From: a virus
IMG/VR virus record: IMGVR_UViG_3300025407_001511
Reading direction: 5' to 3' (one strand)
Length of the DNA: 15,349 nucleotides
In this document: positions 1-7,014 of the stretch, piece by piece
Numbering within the stretch: position 1 is the stretch's first letter
Layout of the letters: each line of letters opens with the position of its first letter
The notes under the pieces: generated by a model
The model's database searches: none
Told to the model about the DNA's origin: nothing
The model's input: only the letters and a program-made list of their open reading frames with translations
Position numbers and translations under genes: made by a program

Positions 1-482
1 CCAAACTTAAAATCGCACTCATTGTCGATAATACCTAGTGCGGTAGTCAAACTGCATCCAAGGAGCGCAGCGAGGTCATTAGGGGTCTCTGAAGGGACTG
101 TAGTGAGTCGGTTCTCTGACACGATAGCCCACTGAGCAAGAGTATTTACCTTGCCACTACTAAAAGTCTTGTCACCAAGGGTGTACTGAGGAAACGCAGC
201 ATCGATACCAGTACCTGGTCGCCAGTGCATAACAACCTTGTCACCTACTTTAACAGTGGTTACTCCAGGGCCAATGTCTTCTACAATGCCACAACCCTCA
301 TGACCCATAAGGTGAGGAAGGAACTTGCCATTACCCTTGTTGCCATTGATCTCGTGTAGTTGTGAGCCACAGATACCGCTGACAAGGACACGAACCTGTA
401 CTTGACCCACTTGGAGCTCAGTAAGGCCAACATCTTCAATAGAAAGAGGAGCGTTGAGCTCTTTGAGAACGGCAGCCTTCAT
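1..482 (-). CDS. Zn-dependent alcohol dehydrogenase / MDR-superfamily oxidoreductase, N-terminal about 160 aa. The 3' part lies beyond the window start.
   Basis: I translated the reverse complement of 1-482 by hand: MKAAVLKELNAPLSIEDVGLTELQVGQVQVRVLVSGICGSQLHEINGNKGNGKFLPHLMGHEGCGIVEDIGPGVTTVKVGDKVV... It carries the classic Zn-ADH signature GHEGxGxVxxxGxxV (GHEGCGIVEDIGPGVT) and the catalytic-zinc Cys/His region (GICGSQLHE). The ATG at 480-482 overlaps the upstream gene's stop (TAATG). It is absent from the ORF track because it runs off the window edge. Confidence 0.7.
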   Translation of the reverse strand, partial: MKAAVLKELNAPLSIEDVGLTELQVGQVQVRVLVSGICGSQLHEINGNKGNGKFLPHLMGHEGCGIVEDIGPGVTTVKVGDKVVMHWRPGTGIDAAFPQYTLGDKTFSSGKVNTLAQWAIVSENRLTTVPSETPNDLAALLGCSLTTALGIIDNECDFKF

Positions 483-1330
483 TAGATCAACTCGTACAAT
501 GACTTGACGGTGCTGAACTTCTTATTGATGTCAAATGTTCTAGCCATATCACGGTAAGGAACATTTGTATTAACTCGGTCAAGCAGAGAGATGAACTCAC
601 CAACCGTTTCCATGCTCCACTTGTTAACAGCAGCAATGAAAGGTGCATTTGGTACGCCAACAACTGCCTTACAACGCTTAGCTAGCTTACCAATATCAAC
701 CAAAGTCAAATTGTGATCTTGAGTGCTGCGGTAGCCTTCCACCTTGACAGTAGTAATGACTTTCTTACCCTCATCGGTCAAGTATTGCAGCAATGCAGCA
801 AAGTTCTTGTCTTGTTCTTCTCTAGACATAAGAAGGACTGGGCTAACAGGGTATCCATTAATTACTAGGCAGTCAAACTCTTCGCCATCGAGTACATCCT
901 CGGCAAAGCACTCTTCATCAAGTACAACATCATCAATAGAGTTGAATGGCTTGTTTAGGTGAGGCAAGTTGTACTGGTGCAGGTAGTTACCCATTTCATA
1001 TACCCACATTGAGTAGCTGCTAAGGGTGTTGTCCTGCTTCGAGTAGTGGATAGGATCATAAATGCTATCGCCAAGCAAAGCGTGGCACCACAAGTCAATT
1101 GAATAACGTGGGTGTGGTGCATCAATAAAGCTTACGTTTGTATCTTGGATCAGCTCAACAAGTTGAGAACGATACTGAGCAGGAATTAAGATGTTGCATT
1201 TAATTTGTTTGTTGTTTTCACACAACTTCTTCAAAACATGCAATGCAACAATGCAATCACCATGGCCTTTATCACAATGGAAGTAAAGGTCGTTAGTCAT
1301 TAACATATCTAAGTTAATTGATTTATTCAT
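482..1330 (-). CDS. Hypothetical protein, 282 aa; possibly a GT9-like (heptosyltransferase-like) glycosyltransferase.
   Basis: Track ORF 482..1366 overlaps the tRNA. The in-frame ATG at 1328-1330 (MNKSINLD...) sits immediately 3' of the tRNA and is the likely true start. It shows weak resemblance to GT9: an N-terminal GHGDCIVALHVLKKL (like GxGDxxxxxPxLxxL) and a C-terminal VVGVPNAPFIAAVN (like GNDSGPMHLAAAL). Its stop overlaps the ADH start. Confidence 0.35.
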   Translation of the reverse strand: MNKSINLDMLMTNDLYFHCDKGHGDCIVALHVLKKLCENNKQIKCNILIPAQYRSQLVELIQDTNVSFIDAPHPRYSIDLWCHALLGDSIYDPIHYSKQDNTLSSYSMWVYEMGNYLHQYNLPHLNKPFNSIDDVVLDEECFAEDVLDGEEFDCLVINGYPVSPVLLMSREEQDKNFAALLQYLTDEGKKVITTVKVEGYRSTQDHNLTLVDIGKLAKRCKAVVGVPNAPFIAAVNKWSMETVGEFISLLDRVNTNVPYRDMARTFDINKKFSTVKSLYELI

Positions 1331-1332
1331 AG

Positions 1333-1406
1333 CGACCTTGATGGGACTCGAACCCACGACCCCCACCGTGACAGGGTGGTGCTCTAACCAACTGAGCTAC
1401 AAGGCC
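1333..1406 (-). tRNA. trnD: tRNA-Asp, anticodon GUC.
   Basis: The reverse complement of 1333-1406 folds as a canonical cloverleaf. Acceptor stem is GGCCUUG/CAAGGUC with one G-U pair. D arm is GCUC-AGUUGGUUA-GAGC. Anticodon stem is CCACC/GGUGG with loop CUGUCAC, giving anticodon GUC. Variable loop is GGGUC. T arm is GUGGG-UUCGAGU-CCCAU (GGTTCGAGTCC box). Discriminator is G and no CCA is encoded. It is wedged between two coupled CDSs, with a 9-nt gap above and a 2-nt gap below. Confidence 0.9.
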
Positions 1407-1415
1407 TAAACTGCG

Positions 1416-1730
1416 TTACTTCTTAGGCGTAGCCTTCTTGACAGCAGGAGCCTTCTTAGCAACGGGTGCTGGCGTAGGTTCTACGACAACAGCAGCAGTC
1501 TTAGGCTGAGGAAGGGTACCAAGCAACCAACCAAGATTGGGGTACTTCTTCTCCAAGGCAGTGATAGCCGTGTAGTACAGGCCAGAAGCGACAGGTGTCA
1601 ACGCAGCGAACGTACCGGTGTTGAACTTACCCCACTTGGTTGCACCCCAAGCGATAAGAGCACCAACGATAGCAGCAACAAAGGCACGGCCTATAGCTCT
1701 AGTTGTTGTTGTGTTAATTGGATCTGACAT
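1416..1730 (-). CDS. Small membrane protein with two predicted TM helices and a Lys/Pro/Ala-rich C-terminal tail; holin-like candidate.
   Basis: 104 aa. Hydrophobic segments are AIGRAFVAAIVGALIAWGA and GTFAALTPVASGLYYTAITAL, followed by a basic tail PAPVAKKAPAVKKATPKK. A Shine-Dalgarno AAGGAG lies 8 nt upstream of the ATG at 1728-1730. It lies just downstream of the putative peptidase gene at 1943-2491. Confidence 0.45.
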   Translation of the reverse strand: MSDPINTTTTRAIGRAFVAAIVGALIAWGATKWGKFNTGTFAALTPVASGLYYTAITALEKKYPNLGWLLGTLPQPKTAAVVVEPTPAPVAKKAPAVKKATPKK

Positions 1731-1900
1731 TATTTATTCTCCTTGTTGTTTTGGAACTTCACCGACACCTGTACGCCATTAACTTGGGTTCGCAAGCTAT
1801 TCAAAAGACCAGCCATTGTTTCACTGATTTCTTGGCTTGCAAGCTCATCGCTCTGAGCGTCACGAGGGTCATAACTGATTGTAATGACTGCTTTTTTCAT
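1730..1900 (-). CDS. Small hydrophilic ORF, 56 aa, hypothetical. Its 3' end supplies the AAGGAG ribosome-binding site of the holin-like gene.
   Basis: ATG at 1898-1900. Hand translation gives MKKAVITISYDPRDAQSDELASQEISETMAGLLNSLRTQVNGVQVSVKFQNNKENK. Its stop TAA overlaps the ATG of the next gene (TAATG). It is not in the ORF track because it is under 60 aa. It has no Shine-Dalgarno of its own, and a promoter-like element abuts its ATG, so it may be leaderless. Confidence 0.3.
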   Translation of the reverse strand: MKKAVITISYDPRDAQSDELASQEISETMAGLLNSLRTQVNGVQVSVKFQNNKENK

Positions 1901-1945
1901 AACTTTATGATATATGCAATATTTGCATAAATCAAGCTATTATCA
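1901..1945 (-). promoter_or_regulatory. Sigma70-like promoter (TTGATT-N17-TATCAT on the minus strand) whose spacer is a 17-bp palindrome TATGCAA-TAT-TTGCATA (1913-1929), an operator-like site.
   Basis: This is the only intergenic gap over 40 nt in the 1.4-4.4 kb region and it is AT-rich. Reverse complement reads tgataatagcTTGATTtatgcaaatattgcataTATCATaaagttATG. The perfect 7-bp inverted arms with a 3-bp spacer lie exactly between the -35 and -10 hexamers. Confidence 0.3.
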
Positions 1946-2491
1946 ATTATTTGGCAATTCTGTCAAAATATTGAAAGAAGCAGCAAGATCAGCTGGCATC
2001 ATTTGGTAAGGGTTGCGGTCGAATACAATGCCGCCTGCCCACAAGGATTGTGCTACTACGGCACTACAAATCATGGTGTTGCTATTTGTGAACTGCATCT
2101 TAATACCAGTCAGCAACTCCAAGGCAATACTCAAGATGGTTAGGAAACCATACTTATCCTTAATGAAGCTCTTGCAAGCAGAAACCGTTTGATCACGGCT
2201 TTGCTTGTTAAGCTTTGTTGTAACGTAGTAATACTCTACGTCTTTGTATTCACTAATGTTGCTTACGATAACACCACGGCCAACAGCCTCAACGATGGTT
2301 CCACCTTCATCGATGATCATAGCTGCATGGTTCCAATGAGCAAAAGGCTTCATCTTTCCGTGGTAACGGATGAATTGACCAAAACGAATGAACTTAGCTA
2401 GAATGCCCTTAGATGAAACCAGGATGAAGTCACCTGGTACATACTTTGTTGGGTCTTGTCCTGCGGCATATACCTTATATGTCGTAGTCAT
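1943..2491 (-). CDS. Permuted papain-fold (NlpC/P60 superfamily, YaeF/YiiX/C92-like) hydrolase; possible endolysin-type peptidase.
   Basis: 182 aa. Motifs appear in the permuted order typical of YiiX/LRAT-type enzymes: N-terminal PGDFILV, a His region FAHWNHAAMII, and a later Cys region MICSAVVAQSLW. A Shine-Dalgarno AAGGTGA precedes the ATG at 2489-2491. Confidence 0.45.
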   Translation of the reverse strand: MTTTYKVYAAGQDPTKYVPGDFILVSSKGILAKFIRFGQFIRYHGKMKPFAHWNHAAMIIDEGGTIVEAVGRGVIVSNISEYKDVEYYYVTTKLNKQSRDQTVSACKSFIKDKYGFLTILSIALELLTGIKMQFTNSNTMICSAVVAQSLWAGGIVFDRNPYQMMPADLAASFNILTELPNN

Positions 2492-3536
2492 CTACATCAC
2501 CTTCATATCCATATGTTTCATTCAAACCAAAGTGATTACTGGCGAACCAGCCCTCTACTGCACCACCATCTGGCACAGACTGACCACCACCACGTGCTTG
2601 TGGCAGGTCAACAGCACTTTCAACGTCTTCTTCGATTGGCTCATCTACAGTTCTGCTACCAACGGCAATGTTCCCGAATGGAGCAGCTGAAGCATCGCTT
2701 TTGACTCGCTCAGTACCCAAATCTGTACCTTGTTCGTTCCCAGGTTGCGTTACGTACCAGCTAGCACCACTAATTGGAGCTCCACCACCAATACCAGTAG
2801 CTGGAGTGGCTTCTTGGTGAAGCCCACCGTCTCGAGGAGCATCATTGACACTCTGGAACTCGTTTGGTCGGTTAAGAGTGAAAGCACCACCAGTATCGCT
2901 GTCAATAGCAACGATCTTGAAACCCATAAACAGTTTTGGGTGATTCTTAGCTGGTGCACCACCGTCTAGAGGGGTAGCTCCATCACTATCCATGTCAGTA
3001 ATGTCACTTGGGGTGTCTTCGTCAACAGGTTGGCTTTCTTCAGCACCTGGACCATAGACAGTTGGCAAGATTTCACTGGTTGGGTCAGCGTAGTGTACGC
3101 TAGCATGCCAACCAAGCGATCCGTCTTCATTAGGACCGATCGTGTATTGTGGATCGTGGTCTAGTGGTACGTTAAGCTTCTCATCAACACCAGAATCACT
3201 GCCGTGTGGCCCCCAGGCGCCTACGGTGCCCTCATTCTCTTTGCCAGCCTTAGGTAAACGGATGATTTGTATCTTACGGATGGCATCAGCAGCAGTTACG
3301 CTCTCTACGAACTGGTTCCAGAGAATCTTGTCTCTTGCCATCGTAGCTGAAAGGTTATCACCAAGTTGAAGAGATAGGATAAACCCATCATCCATCAAAG
3401 TAACTTCAGGATCAGCAAAGTATCCTTCGAACTGCGACATGATTGAACGAACGACTGCGTCCTTGTTATATTCTGAGACATAACGGTTAAAGACGCAGCG
3501 AAAGTTCTTGCGCTGAGGAGTATTTGCAGATGCCAT
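2475..3536 (-). CDS. Hypothetical protein, 353 aa, rich in Gly/Asp/Pro/Thr; possible structural protein.
   Basis: Long ORF with ATG at 3534-3536, 3 nt after the upstream gene's stop. It overlaps the next gene by 17 nt. No recognisable catalytic motif. Confidence 0.55.
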   Translation of the reverse strand: MASANTPQRKNFRCVFNRYVSEYNKDAVVRSIMSQFEGYFADPEVTLMDDGFILSLQLGDNLSATMARDKILWNQFVESVTAADAIRKIQIIRLPKAGKENEGTVGAWGPHGSDSGVDEKLNVPLDHDPQYTIGPNEDGSLGWHASVHYADPTSEILPTVYGPGAEESQPVDEDTPSDITDMDSDGATPLDGGAPAKNHPKLFMGFKIVAIDSDTGGAFTLNRPNEFQSVNDAPRDGGLHQEATPATGIGGGAPISGASWYVTQPGNEQGTDLGTERVKSDASAAPFGNIAVGSRTVDEPIEEDVESAVDLPQARGGGQSVPDGGAVEGWFASNHFGLNETYGYEGDVDDYDI

Positions 3537-3539
3537 ATA

Positions 3540-4406
3540 CTACATACGCGGATACTTGAGCTTTTTAAACCGTTCGAGGCTCATTCCCTCATATCTACGG
3601 CACAAAGAGTCAAGTGAAATCTGCTGGATGTCATAACTACCGTTTTGGACACCATGCTTAACGACAATACCTCTAAAGTGAGCATTGCCTTGTGGTCCCT
3701 TGTAGTTTTCATCGTGCAGGTAACAAGCACCGGCTACAAGGCCATGCTGTGAGAACGCATCATTCTCATCTCTTCCACCATTTACGTAACGCATGCCATA
3801 AAGGAACGTTTGTTGGTGACCCATAGTAAATGAGTGGCCGATATTCTTCAGACGAGCATCAATCGTACCACCATAGGGGTTTCCCGTCATAGGGTTATAA
3901 AAGAAGTGACTGTAAGCTACACCATCAAGCCAAAGAATGTGCTTGAATGGGCTAACTCTCCAACCGCTACGGGCATAGTCAAGGTCATCTGTGCTAAATA
4001 GGCCATCAATCTGTGCATCCATCTCTGTTGCACGGTTGATACGATCTTCGTGGTTACCAAGAAGAATGTGACGCTCTGGGTTCCAGATAGCATGCTTAGA
4101 CTTACGCTTGTTTTCGTTATAGTCATAAAGAGGCTGGTTTAGGATGTGCCAGTGTTCATTGGCAGCTTCAATGTCTGCTTTGACACGACGACCCTCCATG
4201 CTCTTCTTACCCTTATCGTACATTGAAAGGGCTGGCATATCAGCGTGGTCACCAAGGTGAATGATCTTCACATCTTGGTTGTGGAACTCTTCTACAATAT
4301 AGTTACCGATCCAAGTGAGGTGGTCGGTTGGGACCCCATCTTTAGCTTGGGTGTCCGGGATAACGATGTGTGTTGCTGGGTCTTTCTCGACAGAGCTATT
4401 CGTCAC
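3540..4406 (-). CDS. Calcineurin-like metallophosphoesterase.
   Basis: 288 aa. Ordered metallophosphatase motifs are present: IVIPDTQ (motif I variant), IIHLGDHAD (GDxxD), LLGNHEDR (GNH[DE]), plus later His-containing motifs (GHSFTMGHQQ). GTG start at 4404-4406 with TAAGGAA 6 nt upstream. Confidence 0.7.
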   Translation of the reverse strand: MTNSSVEKDPATHIVIPDTQAKDGVPTDHLTWIGNYIVEEFHNQDVKIIHLGDHADMPALSMYDKGKKSMEGRRVKADIEAANEHWHILNQPLYDYNENKRKSKHAIWNPERHILLGNHEDRINRATEMDAQIDGLFSTDDLDYARSGWRVSPFKHILWLDGVAYSHFFYNPMTGNPYGGTIDARLKNIGHSFTMGHQQTFLYGMRYVNGGRDENDAFSQHGLVAGACYLHDENYKGPQGNAHFRGIVVKHGVQNGSYDIQQISLDSLCRRYEGMSLERFKKLKYPRM

Positions 4407-4414
4407 ACTATTCC

Positions 4415-4579
4415 TTAGTTCTGGTCCTCTGCATCAAGATCCTGCAAGTCTCTATAGTTCTCGCTAGGCTTATCTTCATCATTAAGACCAGCTACGTCCT
4501 TAGTTGTCTTAATTGTTGAAGTAGGGCTATCTGTGATGACGCGGGCATTCTTATCTGGCTTGTTGCTGTATCTAATCAT
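4415..4579 (-). CDS. Small hypothetical protein, 54 aa.
   Basis: ATG at 4577-4579 with AAGGAAAGG Shine-Dalgarno 8 nt upstream, 2 nt after the stop of the preceding gene. The track ORF 4415..4615 begins at a TTG further upstream. Confidence 0.4.
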   Translation of the reverse strand: MIRYSNKPDKNARVITDSPTSTIKTTKDVAGLNDEDKPSENYRDLQDLDAEDQN

Positions 4580-4868
4580 TGCTATGCCTTTCCTTGTGTT
4601 TATCAAGTTTTGCAATGAGAGTCTCGTTGATCATTTTTATGCATCTAACGCGATCCTTTGGCAAAACGTTCTTCCACAGGATAATTTCACTAGGTAACGT
4701 TTTTACGATACCTTCGTGCTTGTTATTAATTGTAACGAGTGAAGCTTGAAAATGCAAGTCACATACGTTACATTTTGTATCATTTACAACTTCGTTTACA
4801 AATTCTAGTTCTATTTCGTTAGAAATATTATCGTTGTACGTAATACCTTCAGGTAATTCTAATGCCAT
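4572..4868 (-). CDS. Hypothetical protein with a CxxC pair, 98 aa; lies in an AT-rich (about 33% GC) island.
   Basis: ATG at 4866-4868, 2 nt after the upstream stop. Contains CNVCDLH...RCIKM. Confidence 0.45.
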   Translation of the reverse strand: MALELPEGITYNDNISNEIELEFVNEVVNDTKCNVCDLHFQASLVTINNKHEGIVKTLPSEIILWKNVLPKDRVRCIKMINETLIAKLDKHKERHSND

Positions 4869-4870
4869 AT

Positions 4871-5101
4871 TTAGTTAGCTTTGTAAGCTACAAGTGCCAA
4901 GTTCTTTAGGCACTCTTCTGGGGTGATCCCATTTACGCTTGATAGTTTATTGATAAACACCATCATAACACCAGCAAGTGAGCTGAAGAGTTGGATGGGA
5001 TCACTCTCGAGGACCATTTCATAAGCTAGTTCCTCTTGGCCGCTGATGATTGCTGTCATCAAAGCGACTACGTTGCCAATGTTCTCTGTTACAGAATCCA
5101 T
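4871..5101 (-). CDS. Small hypothetical protein, 76 aa.
   Basis: The track ORF begins with a GTG at 5137, inside the Dps gene. The in-frame ATG at 5099-5101 overlaps the Dps stop as TAATG and is the more plausible start (MDSVTENIGNVVALMTAIISGQ...). Confidence 0.4.
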   Translation of the reverse strand: MDSVTENIGNVVALMTAIISGQEELAYEMVLESDPIQLFSSLAGVMMVFINKLSSVNGITPEECLKNLALVAYKAN

Positions 5102-5622
5102 TATGCCTCGGTAGACGCCTTCAAGAACCAACTCCACTTTTGGTGTTGATCAATGCGTTCAGCAATGAAGTTTGCAATACCTTGCTCGTTATCTTTGTCA
5201 GCAAGAACAAAGACCTTTTTAATGTGATCAATGTATTCGTTATTCATATCTAAGAATTGCTTAGCAAGATTACGTGCATCATCATCGTTAGAACCTACTT
5301 CTTTAATTCTACTAAGTCCAGACAATTGGCTCATTACAAAAGGAGCTTTAGCATCAAGCTTTCTGATGTTTTCTGCAATTGGGTCAATGTTTTCGTAGAT
5401 ATCATCTACGATCTCATCAAAGAACTTGTGATATTGATAGAAGTCATTACCAACAACATTCCAGTGGAAACCATGAATAGTGTGATAGAGAACGTATGCT
5501 TCAGCAAGCATTCTTTTCAGAGCAGTGACCAAATCACTAACATCTTCTTCATATTCTGGGTTTCTAGTGTCGTCTTCTACTTCTGTTGCACTGACGACTC
5601 TAAAGCCATTCCAATTGTCCAT
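5101..5622 (-). CDS. dps: Dps-family (DNA-binding protein from starved cells) ferritin-like protein.
   Basis: 173 aa. Dps hallmark motifs are present: HTIHGFHWNVVGNDFYQYHKFFDE (ferroxidase-site His/Asp/Glu spacing) and the typical C-terminus ...ERIDQHQKWSWFLKAS. ATG at 5620-5622. Confidence 0.7.
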   Translation of the reverse strand: MDNWNGFRVVSATEVEDDTRNPEYEEDVSDLVTALKRMLAEAYVLYHTIHGFHWNVVGNDFYQYHKFFDEIVDDIYENIDPIAENIRKLDAKAPFVMSQLSGLSRIKEVGSNDDDARNLAKQFLDMNNEYIDHIKKVFVLADKDNEQGIANFIAERIDQHQKWSWFLKASTEA

Positions 5623-5624
5623 TG

Positions 5625-6335
5625 TTACAGCCAGTTAAGGCCATCTCCGAACGACTCATCAATTGATTGCTCAACAAGGCGAGCAGACAGCTTGTTTGCG
5701 CTAGCACTCTTGATGCTGCGGAAGCCTGCACCCTCGTTCTTAGCACGACGGCAAATCTCTACATTGTCAACAAAGTTTTCAATGATAGATGCACGCTTTA
5801 CAGTGTCAAGGATAGGAAGCGTCTTACGCTCTACGTAGTAAACAGCAGCTTCACGTGTGTCAAGCTGGCTGCCCAGAAGGCGGTTGTGTTGGTCTTCGAC
5901 CCAAACCTCAGCACCAGCGGTAACGAAGTTGATCCAGTCAGCTGACTCAAACTCGTTCTCAATGCCAGCAGCTGTACGGTACAAAAGGCTGCCATCGTCT
6001 TCGCCAAGGTCACTTGTGCCAGCACTGCTAACGCGATATTCCTTAGCAATTGTGCCACCAGGCAAGCTATTGAGGTAGTCCTCAGTGTCAAAGTCAACGT
6101 ACTCTGAAGCCAGCTTCTCGAGCGATTCCTTCTCAGCACCAAGCTCGGTGATGATGTTAGCATAGCGCTCGATCTCTCTTTGACCAACGTTAGGGTTGCT
6201 AGCAGCCATACGAGTCTTGTCCAGAATGTCCTGCAGCCTGTCAAGACGTGTCAAGATGCTCTCTGAGGTACCATTAAACCAGCGTGCATCAGCAGCTGCG
6301 GTCTTGGCTTCAATCTCAATATTTTCGTAGTTCAT
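5625..6335 (-). CDS. Hypothetical protein, 236 aa from the ATG at 6333-6335.
   Basis: Long ORF. The track start at 6359 is a TTG 3 nt after the upstream stop. An ATG 8 codons in (MNYENIEIEAK...) is preceded by an A/G-rich stretch. Both starts are possible. Confidence 0.5.
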   Translation of the reverse strand: MNYENIEIEAKTAAADARWFNGTSESILTRLDRLQDILDKTRMAASNPNVGQREIERYANIITELGAEKESLEKLASEYVDFDTEDYLNSLPGGTIAKEYRVSSAGTSDLGEDDGSLLYRTAAGIENEFESADWINFVTAGAEVWVEDQHNRLLGSQLDTREAAVYYVERKTLPILDTVKRASIIENFVDNVEICRRAKNEGAGFRSIKSASANKLSARLVEQSIDESFGDGLNWL

Positions 6336-6362
6336 AATGGAATCTTTCTTTTTCCTCAAACA

Positions 6363-7013
6363 CTATTGCGCGTTACGGCTATGATTACATTCATCGTGTG
6401 TCATATGTTCTGTGCAAAAACTAGGGCCCAACTCTTCTGAAAGCAACTCGGCTAGCTTCTTGCTAGCAGTAGTACCACTATTCAATGGGTTAGCACCATT
6501 CAGCTCACCGGGTTGAAGGTCATTGGGAGCAGTAGCTTGGCCAATAGGACTTTGGTTAGTGGCAGAAAAATCTTGTGATTTTCCCGAAGGAGGAGCTGGG
6601 TTAGGACCGTTGTTGGCAAAGTTCTGTGAGCTTGCTGCCTGTGGGACAATCAGATCGGGAGCACCTTCAAAATAAGCAAGTGCGTTAACGATCTTTGATG
6701 CACCCTTGCGGTGTCTCCAAGAGTAAACTGAATCAGCTGCCTTATCAAGTGCATCTTCTTCACTTTCCTTTTGACCAGGCTCGTATGGGTGACACTTGGC
6801 TCTGTCTCCAGGACCCTTCCAGCCAGGCTTAGTGCCTTCTGCAGTTTCAATAGTGCATTCTCTCAGCTCGTTCTTAATATTGGCAGCAGTGATGCTAAAA
6901 CCAAGATATGAGCTAAGAATTACGCGGCGGCAACCATTGCAATAGATTTCTGGGCCAGCCTTGCTAGATGTTCTAACAAGCTCACCCTTTCTGCATATAA
7001 AACATTTTTCCAT
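6363..7013 (-). CDS. Hypothetical protein with an N-terminal zinc ribbon (CxxC-x17-CxxC) followed by a low-complexity region.
   Basis: The track ORF extends upstream into the preceding gene. The ATG at 7011-7013 (MEKCFICRKGELVRTSSKAGPEIYCNGCRRV...) starts 1 nt after the stop of gene 7015-8295. Confidence 0.5.
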   Translation of the reverse strand: MEKCFICRKGELVRTSSKAGPEIYCNGCRRVILSSYLGFSITAANIKNELRECTIETAEGTKPGWKGPGDRAKCHPYEPGQKESEEDALDKAADSVYSWRHRKGASKIVNALAYFEGAPDLIVPQAASSQNFANNGPNPAPPSGKSQDFSATNQSPIGQATAPNDLQPGELNGANPLNSGTTASKKLAELLSEELGPSFCTEHMTHDECNHSRNAQ

Positions 7014-7014
7014 A

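Noticed and set aside
5257-5838. Plus-strand 193-aa ORF.
   Set aside because: It lies antisense across the well-supported Dps gene and the neighbouring coupled gene. It has a low-complexity hydrophobic translation and no Shine-Dalgarno. Long antisense ORFs are expected in a biased-composition coding region.
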